64,000 bases of DNA from Octopus vulgaris. Its lineage: Eukaryota. Shown in pieces: positions 13,995 through 27,228 of the stretch (positions within the stretch are counted from its first letter, which is position 1; every line of letters begins with the position of its first letter). The stretch lies in assembly GCA_951406725.2 (NCBI GenBank), contig OX597839.1:26846001-26910000 (forward strand). The letters run 5' to 3'. The notes under the pieces are model-generated. The model did not search any database, had not been told where the DNA came from, and worked only from the letters and a program-made list of their open reading frames with translations. The position numbers and the translations under genes were made by a program.

Positions 13995-15305
13995 TTAATA
14001 ATAATATTAATAATAATAATAATAATGATGATGATGATGATGATGATGATGATAAAAAGTGAAAGACAACCAATGCGTGTGTTAATTATTGGCATAATGA
14101 CCCTCCGGAGGTACACCAAAATACCACAGTACCACAATGAATGTTTTCCCAGACAAATATATTTTCCAGAATCGGTCCTGTCCTCCTTTCCTTCCTTCAG
14201 TAACCCCTTCCTGTCCCCTTAAATAAACAGCAACAACAACAACAAAAACACCAATAACAACTCTTATATATATGTCATATATATATATGTATATATGTAT
14301 GTATATCTTTATATGTCATATATGGCATATATAAATATGTGTGTGTGTGTGTGTGTGTGTAATGGCATATAGATATATATATGTTCATAGCCATTTCCGT
14401 ATCGAGTGAATTAAGTTATTTGACATCTCCGTCATACGAGATAAACTTGGAATTAATAATTTGCCATTAACAAAAAAAAAAAAAGAAAACCCCCAGAAAA
14501 AAGGCAGTCCTTTGAAGGTTTTAAATTTCTTGCTAGTCACCCACCCACCTATCTCCTACTTAATTCCACCCTTAAATACCAACAACTGTGTCACTGTCTG
14601 TCTGTATCAATCGACGTCCAAAACATCTTTTTCTTCTTAAAACGACACATTGATAAATAGTGAACGTCTTCGTGAACGTCTGCTTCATCCATCATGGCTG
14701 CTTGTTTTTAAACAGACGACTTCCCCTTTTTAGACAAACACAGAACATTATCAAGCGACAAGATACTCTTTATAAAAATGCATTATAAGGAAAGAAGGGA
14801 AGGCTCTTACATTGCAAGACTCCTTTGTTCGTTTGTGTATTCATTTATTTTAATGCGCTTATCTTGTTCTCTTCGCTTTTCGGTTTTTCTTTTCTTTTCT
14901 TTTCATCTTTGCGATTCCCACCGTTTGCGTCACAGAGAAACAGTAGACAATTTTGTCGTCGTTTGGTTTCAATCAAATTAGATGTAAGCTTTTTTGTGTG
15001 ATTACGAGATGTATGTATGTATGTAAAACTAAGAATGTGTGTCTGTCTGTATGTATGTGTGCATCACGAAAACTCGCGAACTACCCAACCGATTTCATTC
15101 AAATTTAACACATGCCTTACTTAGGGTCCATGGAGTGTCATGGGCCAAAAACATTTTCAACTTCTTGCCTAATGCAAGTCTGGAGTAATCTCTTATCTCT
15201 TACACTGTTTCAATATTAATCTCAAAAGTGAAACAATAACATCTCTATTGTAATGTGATATACTTTCAGTCTTATATGGTTTCAATTTTAATAACTTTCA
15301 CTATG

Positions 15306-15412
<107 letters not shown>

Positions 15413-15427
15413 TTATAGCTTTGTATA

Positions 15428-15459
<32 letters not shown>

Positions 15460-15559
15460 CATATATATATATGTATCTATATATATGTGTGTATGTATAT
15501 ATATATGTATATATATGCATACATATATATGTATGTATATATGTGTATATATATGTATA

Positions 15560-15791
15560 TATTTCTTTACTACCCAGAAGGGGCTAAACACAGAGGGACC
15601 AAACAAGGACAGACAAACGGATTAAGTCGATTATATCGACCCCAGTGCATTACTGGTACTTAATTTAACGACCCCGAAAGGATGAAAGGCAAAGTCGACC
15701 TCGGCGGAATTTGAACTCAGAACGTAACGGCAGACGAAATACCGCTACGCATTTCGCCCGGCGTGCTAACGTTTCTGCCAGCTCGCCGCCT
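15560..15791 (-). mobile_element. SINE family B, full length
   Basis: Complete head to tail, ending ...gtttagcccc..tgggtagtaaagaaat on the - strand. Confidence 0.9.
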
Positions 15792-15890
15792 TGTATATAT
15801 ATGTATATATGTGTGTGTATATGCATGTATATATGTGTGTGTATATACACATATATATAAATATGTATATATATATATACACACACACAG

Positions 15891-15951
<61 letters not shown>

Positions 15952-16019
15952 AATATGTATATGTATATATATGTATATGTATATAAATCCGTATATATGT
16001 ATATATATATATATACGTT

Positions 16020-16450
16020 ATGCTCGATTATGAATTTCTTATATCTTAGTCTTGTTATTCCGAGTTGTCCTTCATTCTCGCAAAGTGGAAAGTGTTTGTG
16101 CATTCATAGTTTATGGGGATCGCTCACATTGATATTGTTATGCTCAGACAGTCTCGTGCAAGAAATGCTGAAATCACAAATTCACGTGCATGTATGTACA
16201 CCATATATATAAATAGTGATTGGCAGCCGATGATGGGGATACACACTTTGCTATATGCTTGTTTGTGAGCTACTTATATCCTAGTTTCATTATTCTGAAT
16301 TGTCCTTCATTTTTGCAAAGTGCAAAGTATTCATGGTTTCATAGTCTGTGGGGATCACTTACTTTGGTATTGTTTGGCCTTCTTCATAGGTATTCTAATT
16401 AGGCTTTGACATATATTGGTGTCTAGTTTTGGGAGGTTCTGTTGCATTCA
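16020..16450 (-). mobile_element. Two tandem diverged copies of an old dispersed repeat, also at 43090-43290 (possible Penelope-like relic)
   Basis: tgctcgattatgaatttcttat...ttcatagtttatggggatcgct is repeated at ~16020, ~16255 and ~43092. Confidence 0.55.
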
Positions 16451-17110
16451 TAAGAGCTGCAAGCACTCAACGCCAGATTGGTTGACCTTATTAGAATATA
16501 ATATAAAACAATCAACAGGAAACGCTACGATACGTTTCGTGACAGTATGTCATAATTGCATAATTCACTCATCAGGTGCACAGACGACTTATGAACCTAT
16601 GAACGACTTGAGTGAAAACGGAAGTAATTAAAACAGAGAGAACATGAGAACCAAGACCTTGTCATCAATACAAAGATGTAATTAGTACAAGCATATCGAC
16701 GATAGGGTTTATTCCTCATGCATTTTGCACCCAACCAACAGATAATTAAACACTTTACACCAGATATATAGGCATAAACAACACAACTCGAAGTCTGCAC
16801 AAGCACCGGCGTGGAGAGCATTTGCAGCTCGGTGGACGGAAGAATGTGTAGTGAAGTGCCTTGCTCAAGGGCACAGCGTGCAGCCTAACCTAGGAATTGA
16901 ACCGACAACCTTGCAATTGTGAGTAGAATACACTAACAAATAGGTTACACCACTTCAATACACACACATACATATATATACAAACATACATACATAGATA
17001 AATATATATTATACACACATACATACATAAATATAAATAAACACATACACATATATACACACACATAAGAGAATGACTCTCCCCAGACACAACAGTATAT
17101 GTATGTATAT

Positions 17111-17175
<65 letters not shown>

Positions 17176-17176
17176 C

Positions 17177-17240
<64 letters not shown>

Positions 17241-17689
17241 AGACACACACACATATACATACATTCTTATATATCATGTACTGTTCCATGATAGAAAATT
17301 CAACAAAAAAGTACTTCATATGCATAGATATAATTTAATATGTATATATATAAGAAAAAAATGGGATAAACAAATCCGGGTAGATATCAGTAAAGCGCTC
17401 AGTATTAAAACAAATTGGTTATAAATGTTCAATGACGTGGCTGTGTGGCAAGAAGCTGGCTTCCCAATCACATGGCTCCGGGTTCAAAAACCAGTCAAAC
17501 CTCAAGCACAACAGGTAAATCCAGGTATCCTTTTGCGGAATTATAGACAAGGGGAGATGGGTAAATTGTCGCCATTTTATAAATTTTAATTTCGTACATG
17601 CGCATTGTTTGTTTTTTGATTTTGTCAATTACACAGTATAGTAGGGTCAGTTGGGCACTGTCTGTGAGAAGAACAGCACCATGATGCAA

Positions 17690-17958
17690 TTCACTCTGCC
17701 AGAAATTTGGAAACGACATGCTGTACTGCTTGGCATTTGCACCGGAAGCTCCAATATGAACATTTCATAGTGTTTGGGTGTCAATTTGAGGACGTGTACC
17801 GAGAATGATAAAAATCAAACATCCTGTCAACATTATCGAGTTTGGAGCGATCACGAGTGATGGCGACGTTATACCTCCATTCATCTTCCCACACGGCTTC
17901 AGACTCAACACGGAGGCCTACATCAAGTACCTGGAGGGGGTAGTGCTGCTCTGGGTCT
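17690..17958 (+). pseudogene. Internally deleted Tc1/mariner (maT/DD37D-like) transposase fragment
   Basis: From ~17795 it reads VPRMIKIKHPVNIIEFGAITSDGDVIPPFIFPHGFRLNTEAYIKYLEGVVLLWV, resembling the KHP.SVMVWG.I.SDG..P..F...G...N...Y...L..VV.PW segment of these transposases. Confidence 0.7.
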
Positions 17959-17959
17959 T

Positions 17960-18192
17960 GGGACCAATACGGTAATAACGGATTTTTTAGAAATTTCTAT
18001 CGGCTTGTTTCGAGACGCATAAATTATAATGGTTATTGACAATTTTGTCTTTTTTTCGGCATATTTGGCATTAGGATGTTTCTTTTGCCCTTATTTTATA
18101 AGTTATTTATAAATTTAACCTTTAAAGGTATTTTTTGATATGCTGGCCATTGATAAAATTTTTTTTCTAAAAAAATTTTATCCTACATTAGT
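17960..18192. mobile_element. Unclassified dispersed repeat; partial inverted copy at 50942-51046
   Basis: atttataaatttaacctttaaa..tttttgatatgctggccattgat...ttatcctacattagtt is reverse-complemented at 50942. Confidence 0.65.
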
Positions 18193-18235
<43 letters not shown>

Positions 18236-18251
18236 TTTTTTTTTTTTTTTT

Positions 18252-18641
18252 TTACTTGTTTCAGTCATTTGACTGCGGCCGTGCTGGAGCACCGCCTTTA
18301 ATCGAGCAACTCGACCCCGGGACATATTCTTTTTGTAAGCCCAGTACTTATTCTATCGGTCTCTTTTGCCAAACCGCTAAGTAACGGGGACATAAACACA
18401 CCAGCATCGGTCGTCAAGCGATGCTAGGGGGACAAACACAGACACACAAACACACACACATATATATATACACATATATACAACGGGCTTCTTTCAGCTT
18501 TCGCCTACCAAATCCACTCAAGGCTTTGGTCGGCCCGAGGCTATAGAAGAAGACACTTGCCCAAGATGCCACGCAGTGGGACTGAACCCGGAACCATGTG
18601 GTTGGTAAACAAGCTACTTACCACACAGCCACTCCTGCGCC
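18252..18641 (-). mobile_element. SINE family A, full length
   Basis: Head to tail match to the other copies. Confidence 0.92.
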
Positions 18642-18699
18642 TCTGTATATATATATGCACACATACAGCAATCCCTGTATATATATACACACACACATA

Positions 18700-18986
18700 C
18701 AGCAATCCCTCGACTATCGCGGGTGTTACGTTCCAAAACCCTCGCGATGGTTGAAAATCCGAAGTAGAAACAATACTTTCTTTTACTCTTTTACTTGTTT
18801 CCGTCATTTGACTGCGGCCATACTGGAGCACCGCCTTTAGCCGAACAAATCGACCCCGGGACTTATTCTTTGTAAGCCCAGTACTTATTCTATCAGTCTC
18901 TTTTGCCGAACCGCTAAGTTACGGGGACGTAAACACACCAGAATCGGTTGTCAAGCAATGCTAGGGGGACAAACACAGACAAACAA

Positions 18987-19063
<77 letters not shown>

Positions 19064-19381
19064 TACGACAGGCTTCTTTCAGTTTCCGTCTACCAAATCC
19101 ACTCACAAGGCATTGGTCGGCCCGGAGCTATAGCAGAAGACATTTACCCAAGATGCCACGCAGTGGGACTGAACCCGGAACCATGTGGTTGTTTAGCAAG
19201 CTACTTACCACACAGCCACTCGTGTACTGTATATACTTTTAAAAATTATTTTTATAATTTGTTTATATTTATTTTCTTATAAATGCAAAACACCACCACG
19301 GAGGAATCGACGTAAGCTTAAATAATAAACCGTGATAAGTGAACCGCGATAGGCAAACCGCGATATGGCGAGGGATTACTG
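18700..19381. mobile_element. Tigger/pogo-like MITE interrupted by a SINE A
   Basis: TA-cagcaatccctcgactatcgcgg ... ccgcgatatggcgagggattactg TIRs; an uninterrupted copy lies at 40578-40790. Confidence 0.8.
18781..19221 (-). mobile_element. SINE family A, full length, nested in the MITE
   Basis: Head to tail match. Confidence 0.92.
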
Positions 19382-19812
19382 TGCACATACAGACGAACAC
19401 ATTTATATGCATATATACAAATATACATATATACTCACACACAAACGAACGCACTTAGAGAGGTTAAGCGACAAATGGCAAACAGTGGGGAGAAGGAGGA
19501 GTGTCAGCGAAATATATGTCAAGAACTCACAAAGACAAGGAAACATTTGTTGCTTTTCAGGAAGGAATGGAAGTGTGTTGTTGTTTGTCAAAGGAGACAC
19601 CTATATATACTGTTTTGTTTATATAATTATATATATATATATAATTGTCTATATATGTTTACATATAAATATATTTGTTTCTATATGTATATATACATAT
19701 ATATGATTGTTTATATATATATATAAATACCTATATATAATTGCTTATATATATACAAACATATACACACACACACACACACATATATATATACATATAC
19801 ATATATATACAT

Positions 19813-19865
<53 letters not shown>

Positions 19866-19982
19866 CATATATTTACATATATAGGTATATATATATCTAT
19901 ATGTAAATATATATACATATATATAGACATATACATATACATATATACATACACACTCACACATATATACATACACACACAC

Positions 19983-20014
<32 letters not shown>

Positions 20015-20312
20015 TCATATATATACATATATACAAATTGAAATAGGGGTTGTAAATGCAACCCTCCATAGGATAACGTATATCCAATATACTGCTAGTG
20101 AAGTAACCAACAAAGTTAATACATAAATGTTAAGGATTGCGATGCAATCAATTCATTTACTGTATTATATGGGCAAAGGTAAAATGTTTTACCACAAATT
20201 ACTAATACAAGATAAGAAAATGGAGAAATACATCTAAATCAAATATCAATTATCAGATAATACTCAATCACATACTTTATTAAACCACCACATAAGAGAC
20301 TATATATATATA

Positions 20313-20568
20313 ATAAAATAAATGTGCCCTTTTAAAGCCTAGCGAGGCTCATGGGCCCGGTTTCCCAGTTTCAATGGCGTATGTTTTCCCAAGCTGGATG
20401 GAACGCCAGTCCATCGCAGCGTTTCTCTTTTGTGCCAGCTGAGTGGACTGGAGCAACGTGAAATGAAGTGTTTTGCCCAAGAACACAACGCGTCGCCCGG
20501 TCCAGGAATCGAAACCACAATCTTGCGATCATGGTGCTGACACCCTAACCACTAAGCCACGCGCCTCC
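20313..20568 (-). mobile_element. tRNA-derived SINE family D (CORE-like)
   Basis: On - strand: ggaggcgcgtggcttagtggttaggg (A box)...gtttcgattcc (B box)...gttcttgggcaaaacacttcatttcacgttgctccagtccactcagctg, ending in (TTTA)n. Confidence 0.85.
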
Positions 20569-20710
20569 ACACACACACACACACACAGACACACACACAC
20601 ACACACATATGTATATATATATATATATACCTATTTATATATATATAAATAGATGAGTGTATTTTTACCTTGTTAACTCCATTTTTTTTATTCACACACA
20701 CACACACATA

Positions 20711-20910
<200 letters not shown>

Positions 20911-21712
20911 AGTCCAGGGTCCGATGGGAGCAAGGTATTTAAATAAGAGTATATACAGACAATCCCGTACTTACAAAAGTAAATATGGATTTGTCCTTCC
21001 AGTGAAATGTTTATTCTCTTGCTTATCTTGTTGCCACCAGATGGCGGCGAGCTATCTCGTCCCTTTGACTTTTAGACCGGAGAAACCTTTTAATGTCCTT
21101 TAAGTGGAATAAAAAAATGTTTTACTTGTTTCATTTTCTTTTTCCTTTTCCTTCCCTTTTAATTCTTCCACCCCTCCTCCATTTCAGTCCCTTAAACGTG
21201 TGGATTAATGTATTGCTATGTATATTTACATCGAAACAGCATTCCCCATACACTCTCCCAGTTATAACCAATATAAAAGGTCAATACTCATTATATACCA
21301 TTTGTGTAAAAAATCATAAATTCTATTTTTTTTGAAATTCACCTGAAGAAAGTGCTTTTTTTTTACACGATATAATTGTTTTGTCCATCAATATATAAAA
21401 CACGTATGAAACAGCTGTAGTGAACCTCAGCTCACACACACACACGCAAAATAACGAAGGTGGCTTTAAGCAATATGAAACCAAATAGGAAAAATTAAAT
21501 TATCACTGTGCGACAGATCGACGGAAATAGAAAGATGGACGACGGTCACGTGTGAGCAACAAGAGAGTAAAGGAGGAAGAGGGAAAGAGAGAGGGACAGA
21601 AAGAAAACAGTGAAAGGGAGAAAAAGAATTAGAGAAAGGATGAGAGAGGTAAAAACGAAAGGGGGAGAAGGGGAGAAAAAAGAATTAGAGAAAGAGAGGG
21701 AGAGAACATTAC

Positions 21713-21771
<59 letters not shown>

Positions 21772-21773
<2 letters not shown>

Positions 21774-21908
21774 CGCAGGAGTGGAACCACATGGTTCCAG
21801 GTTCAGTCCCACTGCGTGGCATCTTGGGCAAGTGTCTTCTGCTATAGTCCCGGGCCGACCAATGCCTTGTGAGTGGATTTGGTAGACGGAAACAGAAAGA
21901 AGCCTGTC

Positions 21909-21972
<64 letters not shown>

Positions 21973-22178
21973 TTGTGTGTCTATGTTTGTCCCCCTAGCA
22001 TTGTTTGACAACCGATGCTGGTGTGTTTACGTCCCCGTAACTTAGCGGTTCGGCAAAAGAAACCGATAGAATAAGTACTGGGCTTACAAAGAATAAGTCC
22101 CGGGGTCGATTTGCTCGACTAAAGGCGGTGCTCCAGCATGGCCGCAGTCAAATGACTGAAACAAGTAAATGAGAGAAA
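21772..22178 (+). mobile_element. SINE family A with a small head deletion
   Basis: Match to family A. Confidence 0.9.
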
Positions 22179-22187
22179 AAGAGAGAA

Positions 22188-22223
<36 letters not shown>

Positions 22224-22272
22224 ATAAATCTCAGAGCGAGTTATAAACAGTAGCGGTAAATGGCAAATATGC

Positions 22273-22319
<47 letters not shown>

Positions 22320-22652
22320 CATACATACTTCTATATTTATTCCATGACCTGCTGCTAATAATCGACCCAAACGGAAACTGAAGGAAGCTATGGTTGGGGA
22401 GTTACGCAATCCCCGTTTCCCTTACGAATGACAAATGCATATCAGAATCTACACACTTCTTACACAAGGGTGTATAGAAAACGTCTGTTTTTCTATACTG
22501 CAAAATAAACAAACGATAATATATACGTGTGGGTCTCGGTCGGTGGGAGTGTGCGCGTGCGCATGTGTGTGTGCGTGCGTGGGTTATGAACAACTCGGGA
22601 GTCATTTTGTTTCTCTATAATCAGTAAGATTAATCAACGGGGATGTATATAT

Positions 22653-22706
<54 letters not shown>

Positions 22707-22781
22707 TATATATATATGTATATATTATATCATATTATGTTATATACCCTGTAAGTTATTACACTGCAACGGTGATGGATT

Positions 22782-22854
<73 letters not shown>

Positions 22855-22947
22855 TCTTATCTACAGACATGTGTGCGTGCCTGGAGAGAGAGTTAAAAAT
22901 TGTGAGTGGTATACGCACATACAAACGTGTATATATTTGTATACATA

Positions 22948-22978
<31 letters not shown>

Positions 22979-23065
22979 ATATATATATGTATATATGCAT
23001 ATATGTGTATATATATATACGTTTATATATGTTTATATATGTTTATATATCTATCTATCTATCTA

Positions 23066-23147
<82 letters not shown>

Positions 23148-23769
23148 GATTGATAGATAGATAGATAGATAGATAGACAGCCATACTGATAGATGAAGAG
23201 TCAGTGATAGCCGCGTTGTATCTTTATCTTCAACACAAACTCCTGTGTTTCCTGACTTCCTTATTGAATTTCACTAAAGATAATGGCTTTACTATCAAAC
23301 GCACAATTACACATCTATCTATATATAAATCACAGTAATATGTATATATATGTGCGTGCATGTGTGTGTAAGTGTATGTGTGTATACGTGTGCGTGTGTA
23401 CACGTGTGTGTGCTTACATACGCACAAACATACACATGTAGTTATATATATATATATATATATATATAGTGAAAAGTTCGTTATAGTCATAAAACACCAT
23501 AAACAATTATAAAAATGGAGAAGTGATGTTAAAAGTTCAAAGTAGAATTTAATATGTACATACGAACGTTTCAAAGGGCAATACAAATATGTAAGAAAAA
23601 AAATTTAATGTGAAGAATTAAAAAAAAGTTATTAACAAAAAAAAAGAAGGAAAACCAAATGGGGTAAAACCTAAAATTTAACCGGGTATTTGCAAATAAC
23701 TTGTAAAAGGGAAAAGTTAAGAGAATGAAAAAGAAGGACATGTCAATGTATATATATGTATATTCTATC

Positions 23770-24024
23770 ATTTACTTGTTTTAGTCATTGGAAAGCAGCC
23801 ATGCTGTGATATCGCTTTAAAGGGTTTTGATCAAACGAATCGATCCCAGAGCATAAATTTTTTTTTAAAGTACTGGTACTTGTTCTCTCGATATTTCAAG
23901 CCGAACCGTTAAGTTATGGGAACGTAAAGGAAAGAACACCGGTCGTCAAACGGTGGTGGGTGTCAAACACAAAAAATCACACAAATAGGTCTATCCATCC
24001 ATCCATCCATCCATCCATCCATCC

Positions 24025-24111
<87 letters not shown>

Positions 24112-24270
24112 ATCTATCGGTATCTCTATTCGGCGGGCTTCTTTCAGTTTCTGTCTGATAGATCTACTCACAAGGCTTTGGTCGGCTGGAGGGTATATGG
24201 AAGAAAGTAACCAGGATGCCAAACCTTGTGTTTGGAAAGCAAATTTCTTATCATACAGCCACACTGCAGG
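23770..24270 (-). mobile_element. SINE family A, old copy with internal (TATC)n
   Basis: tttacttgttttagtcatt..gcagccatgctg...ccgaaccgttaagtta...gggcttctttcagtttc. Confidence 0.7.
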
Positions 24271-24385
24271 CTATATATATATATATATATATATGAATAA
24301 ATGAAAGAATGGAGTCGAACGAAGATGTTAACAAAATAACGAATTTTCCATGCTGACGATAAACATAGAATAATTCATTCACCTA

Positions 24386-24458
<73 letters not shown>

Positions 24459-24524
24459 GCTATATATATATACATATATATATATATATAGTCCTTACAT
24501 GGAATTTCGTATGGTTTTTTGAGA

Positions 24525-24610
24525 TATGGCCTTGAAGAGGCTTGTACAGATGGATAGGAATGTTTATAAATTCATTACTGTATAAAAGTCGAAACAAATT
24601 GTTGGCTATA
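24525..24610 (+). ncRNA. Minimal type I hammerhead ribozyme relic (C3>U)
   Basis: Stem I TATGGCC/GGCTATA, core TTGAAGA, long stem II ggcttgtacag/ctgtataaaagtc, GAAAC-AAATT-GTT. Confidence 0.55.
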
Positions 24611-25028
24611 TATGTGTCTTTTTTTAGGATTTGTTATGTTATCTTAAGTCATGTTATATTTTTTTTAATATTGTATTATATTCTAATATGAATAAGTTTT
24701 TAGATTGTCAATTGTATATCTCTCTTTCATTTAATATTTGTATATTATCATCATACCCTTTTATCTGTGGTATTCAACTGTTGTACCAGTGAATTGAATG
24801 ATTTACATCCCTGTGAAGGAATTGCTTTCTCCTTCGTTTGGTTTATACATACATAGATAAAACAGGGGACAACTGATGAAGGGACTGTCCTTTATGTCAC
24901 CTGTCTCGTTTCTCTATTTGTTTTTTTTTTTCGTTGTTCGAAAAAAAAGTTTGTTTTCTATGTTTTTGTTTTTTATGTTCTCGTTTCTCATTTTGTTCCC
25001 GTTTTTTGACATCCTGTACCATATATGC

Positions 25029-25096
<68 letters not shown>

Positions 25097-25176
25097 AGGT
25101 ATGTACATAAATGTATGTATATATGCATATATTTATATATTATTTATATTATTATATATATGTATATACATACATT

Positions 25177-25232
<56 letters not shown>

Positions 25233-25409
25233 CATATATATATACACACACACACAAACACACACACAAGGTGTGGTGTTATCAACATGGCCTTTTACAA
25301 AGTCTCTCACGATCTCTTGAGCGCTCCAAGTGCCTCAAATTTGCAAACACCGTGAACATAAAAACCGGAAAGCAAAAGTCTGCCAAACAAAACAACCCAA
25401 CACACACAC

Positions 25410-25478
<69 letters not shown>

Positions 25479-25488
25479 CACACACACA

Positions 25489-25532
<44 letters not shown>

Positions 25533-25572
25533 CTCTCTCACACACACTCTCACACACACACACACACACACT

Positions 25573-25641
<69 letters not shown>

Positions 25642-26018
25642 CATTCGTATACTTTTTGTGTTCTAACGCGTGCCTACACAAGTGGCTCCATCTGCCGGCG
25701 TACTTTACAGAAACTGGACTTCGTTACGCTACTGTGCGGCTTCACCCATTTTAATGTTACTGGCGAACGAGCTGTTTGTTGGAGGAAAAAGCCTACTGCT
25801 GTTGAAACGCTGCTAATTTTCGGTGGATTCCATTTCTGGTAGGACCCAGCTGATGATGTTGATAGAATGGAAACGGAACGTATGGAATCGTTCTGGAACT
25901 GGTAGAGACCCAATTGAAAGTAACAGAGGTGGAGATCACACAGGCTGGTGGGAGAAATATAATGATCAAATAGACACTTCCAAAATGTAACGGTGCTTGC
26001 CTTATAAAGATTCTTGGA

Positions 26019-26375
26019 AGGCGGCGAGCTGGCAGAAGCGTTAGCACGCCGGGCGAAATGCATAGCAGTATTTCGTCTGCCGCTACGTTCTGAGTTCAAA
26101 TTCCGCCGAGGTCGACTCTGCCTTTACGGGGTCGATTAAATAAGTATCAGTTACGCACTGGGGTCGATGTAATCGACTTAATCCCTTTGTCTGTCCTTGT
26201 TTGTCCCCTCTGTGTTTAGCCCCTTGTGGATATTAAAGAAATAGGTATTTCGTCTGCCGCTACGTTCTGAGTTCAATTTCCGCTGAGGTCGACTTTGCCT
26301 TTCATCGTTTCGGAGTTAATTAAATAAGTGCCAGTTACGCACCGGGGTCTTGTGCTTCTAGTAGAAAGGATTATT
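26019..26375 (+). mobile_element. SINE family B, partially dimeric
   Basis: A full unit is followed by a second unit starting at gtatttcgtctgccgctacgttctgag; same arrangement at 59475-59830. Confidence 0.9.
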
Positions 26376-26520
26376 CATAACTGTATCTGCTTCGAGGTGC
26401 AACTGCTGAAAACGAATTATTTCACGCTCTCTTGAAGTTTCTAAATTCCTATGACGTATACGTAGAAAAAAAATTCTCGCTGATAAGAGCAAAGCTTCTC
26501 AAACAGACAGAGAATCTCGT

Positions 26521-26606
26521 GGGTTTATTTTGGTACAATGGTAGAGCGTCAGTCATGCTTCCTAAAAGAGGTAGGTTCAAATCACTTGGGCATCTGTCGA
26601 GTTTTT
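26521..26606 (+). pseudogene. Degenerate tRNA-like sequence or SINE head
   Basis: A-box-like tggtacaatggtagagcg, B-box ggttcaaatc, T5 shortly downstream; stems do not pair well. Confidence 0.35.
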
Positions 26607-26686
26607 CTACTCAGAGTCTTTACTTTAACCCAATATTAATACACTATTATTCATAGCCTTATTGACATCGAATCCAACCGTTGACA

Positions 26687-26727
<41 letters not shown>

Positions 26728-26768
26728 CGCACATACACACACACACAACACACACATCAGGCTGAGTA

Positions 26769-27188
26769 GGAGTGGCTGTGTGGTAAGTAGCTTGCTAACC
26801 AACCACATGGTTGCGGGTTCAGTCCCACTGCGTGGCATCTTGGGCAAGTGTCTTCTGCTATAGCCCCGGGCCGACCAATGCCTTGTGAGTGGATTTAGTA
26901 GAGGAAACTGAAAGAAGCCTGTCGTAAATATGTATATATATGTATATATATATATAAATATATGTGTGTGTGTGTGTGTGTGTGTTTGTTTGTCTGTGTT
27001 TGTCCCCCTAGCATTGCTTGACAACCGATGCTGGTGTGTTTACGTTCCCGTCACTTAGCGGTTCGGCAAAAGAAACCGATAGAATAAGTACTGGGCTTAC
27101 AAAGAATAAGTCCCGGGGTCGATTTGCTCGACTAAAGGCGGTGCTCTAGCATGGCCGCAGTCAAATGACTGAAATAAGTAAAAGAGTA
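26769..27188 (+). mobile_element. SINE family A, full length
   Basis: Head to tail match. Confidence 0.92.
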
Positions 27189-27228
27189 ATGTTTTGAAAC
27201 ATGAATATATTTCAACAATGCGGAAATG

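Noticed and set aside
15030-15300. Helitron-like 5' segment (gtctgtctgt..ccgatttcattcaaattt)
   Set aside because: No identifiable termini, so not listed as a feature.
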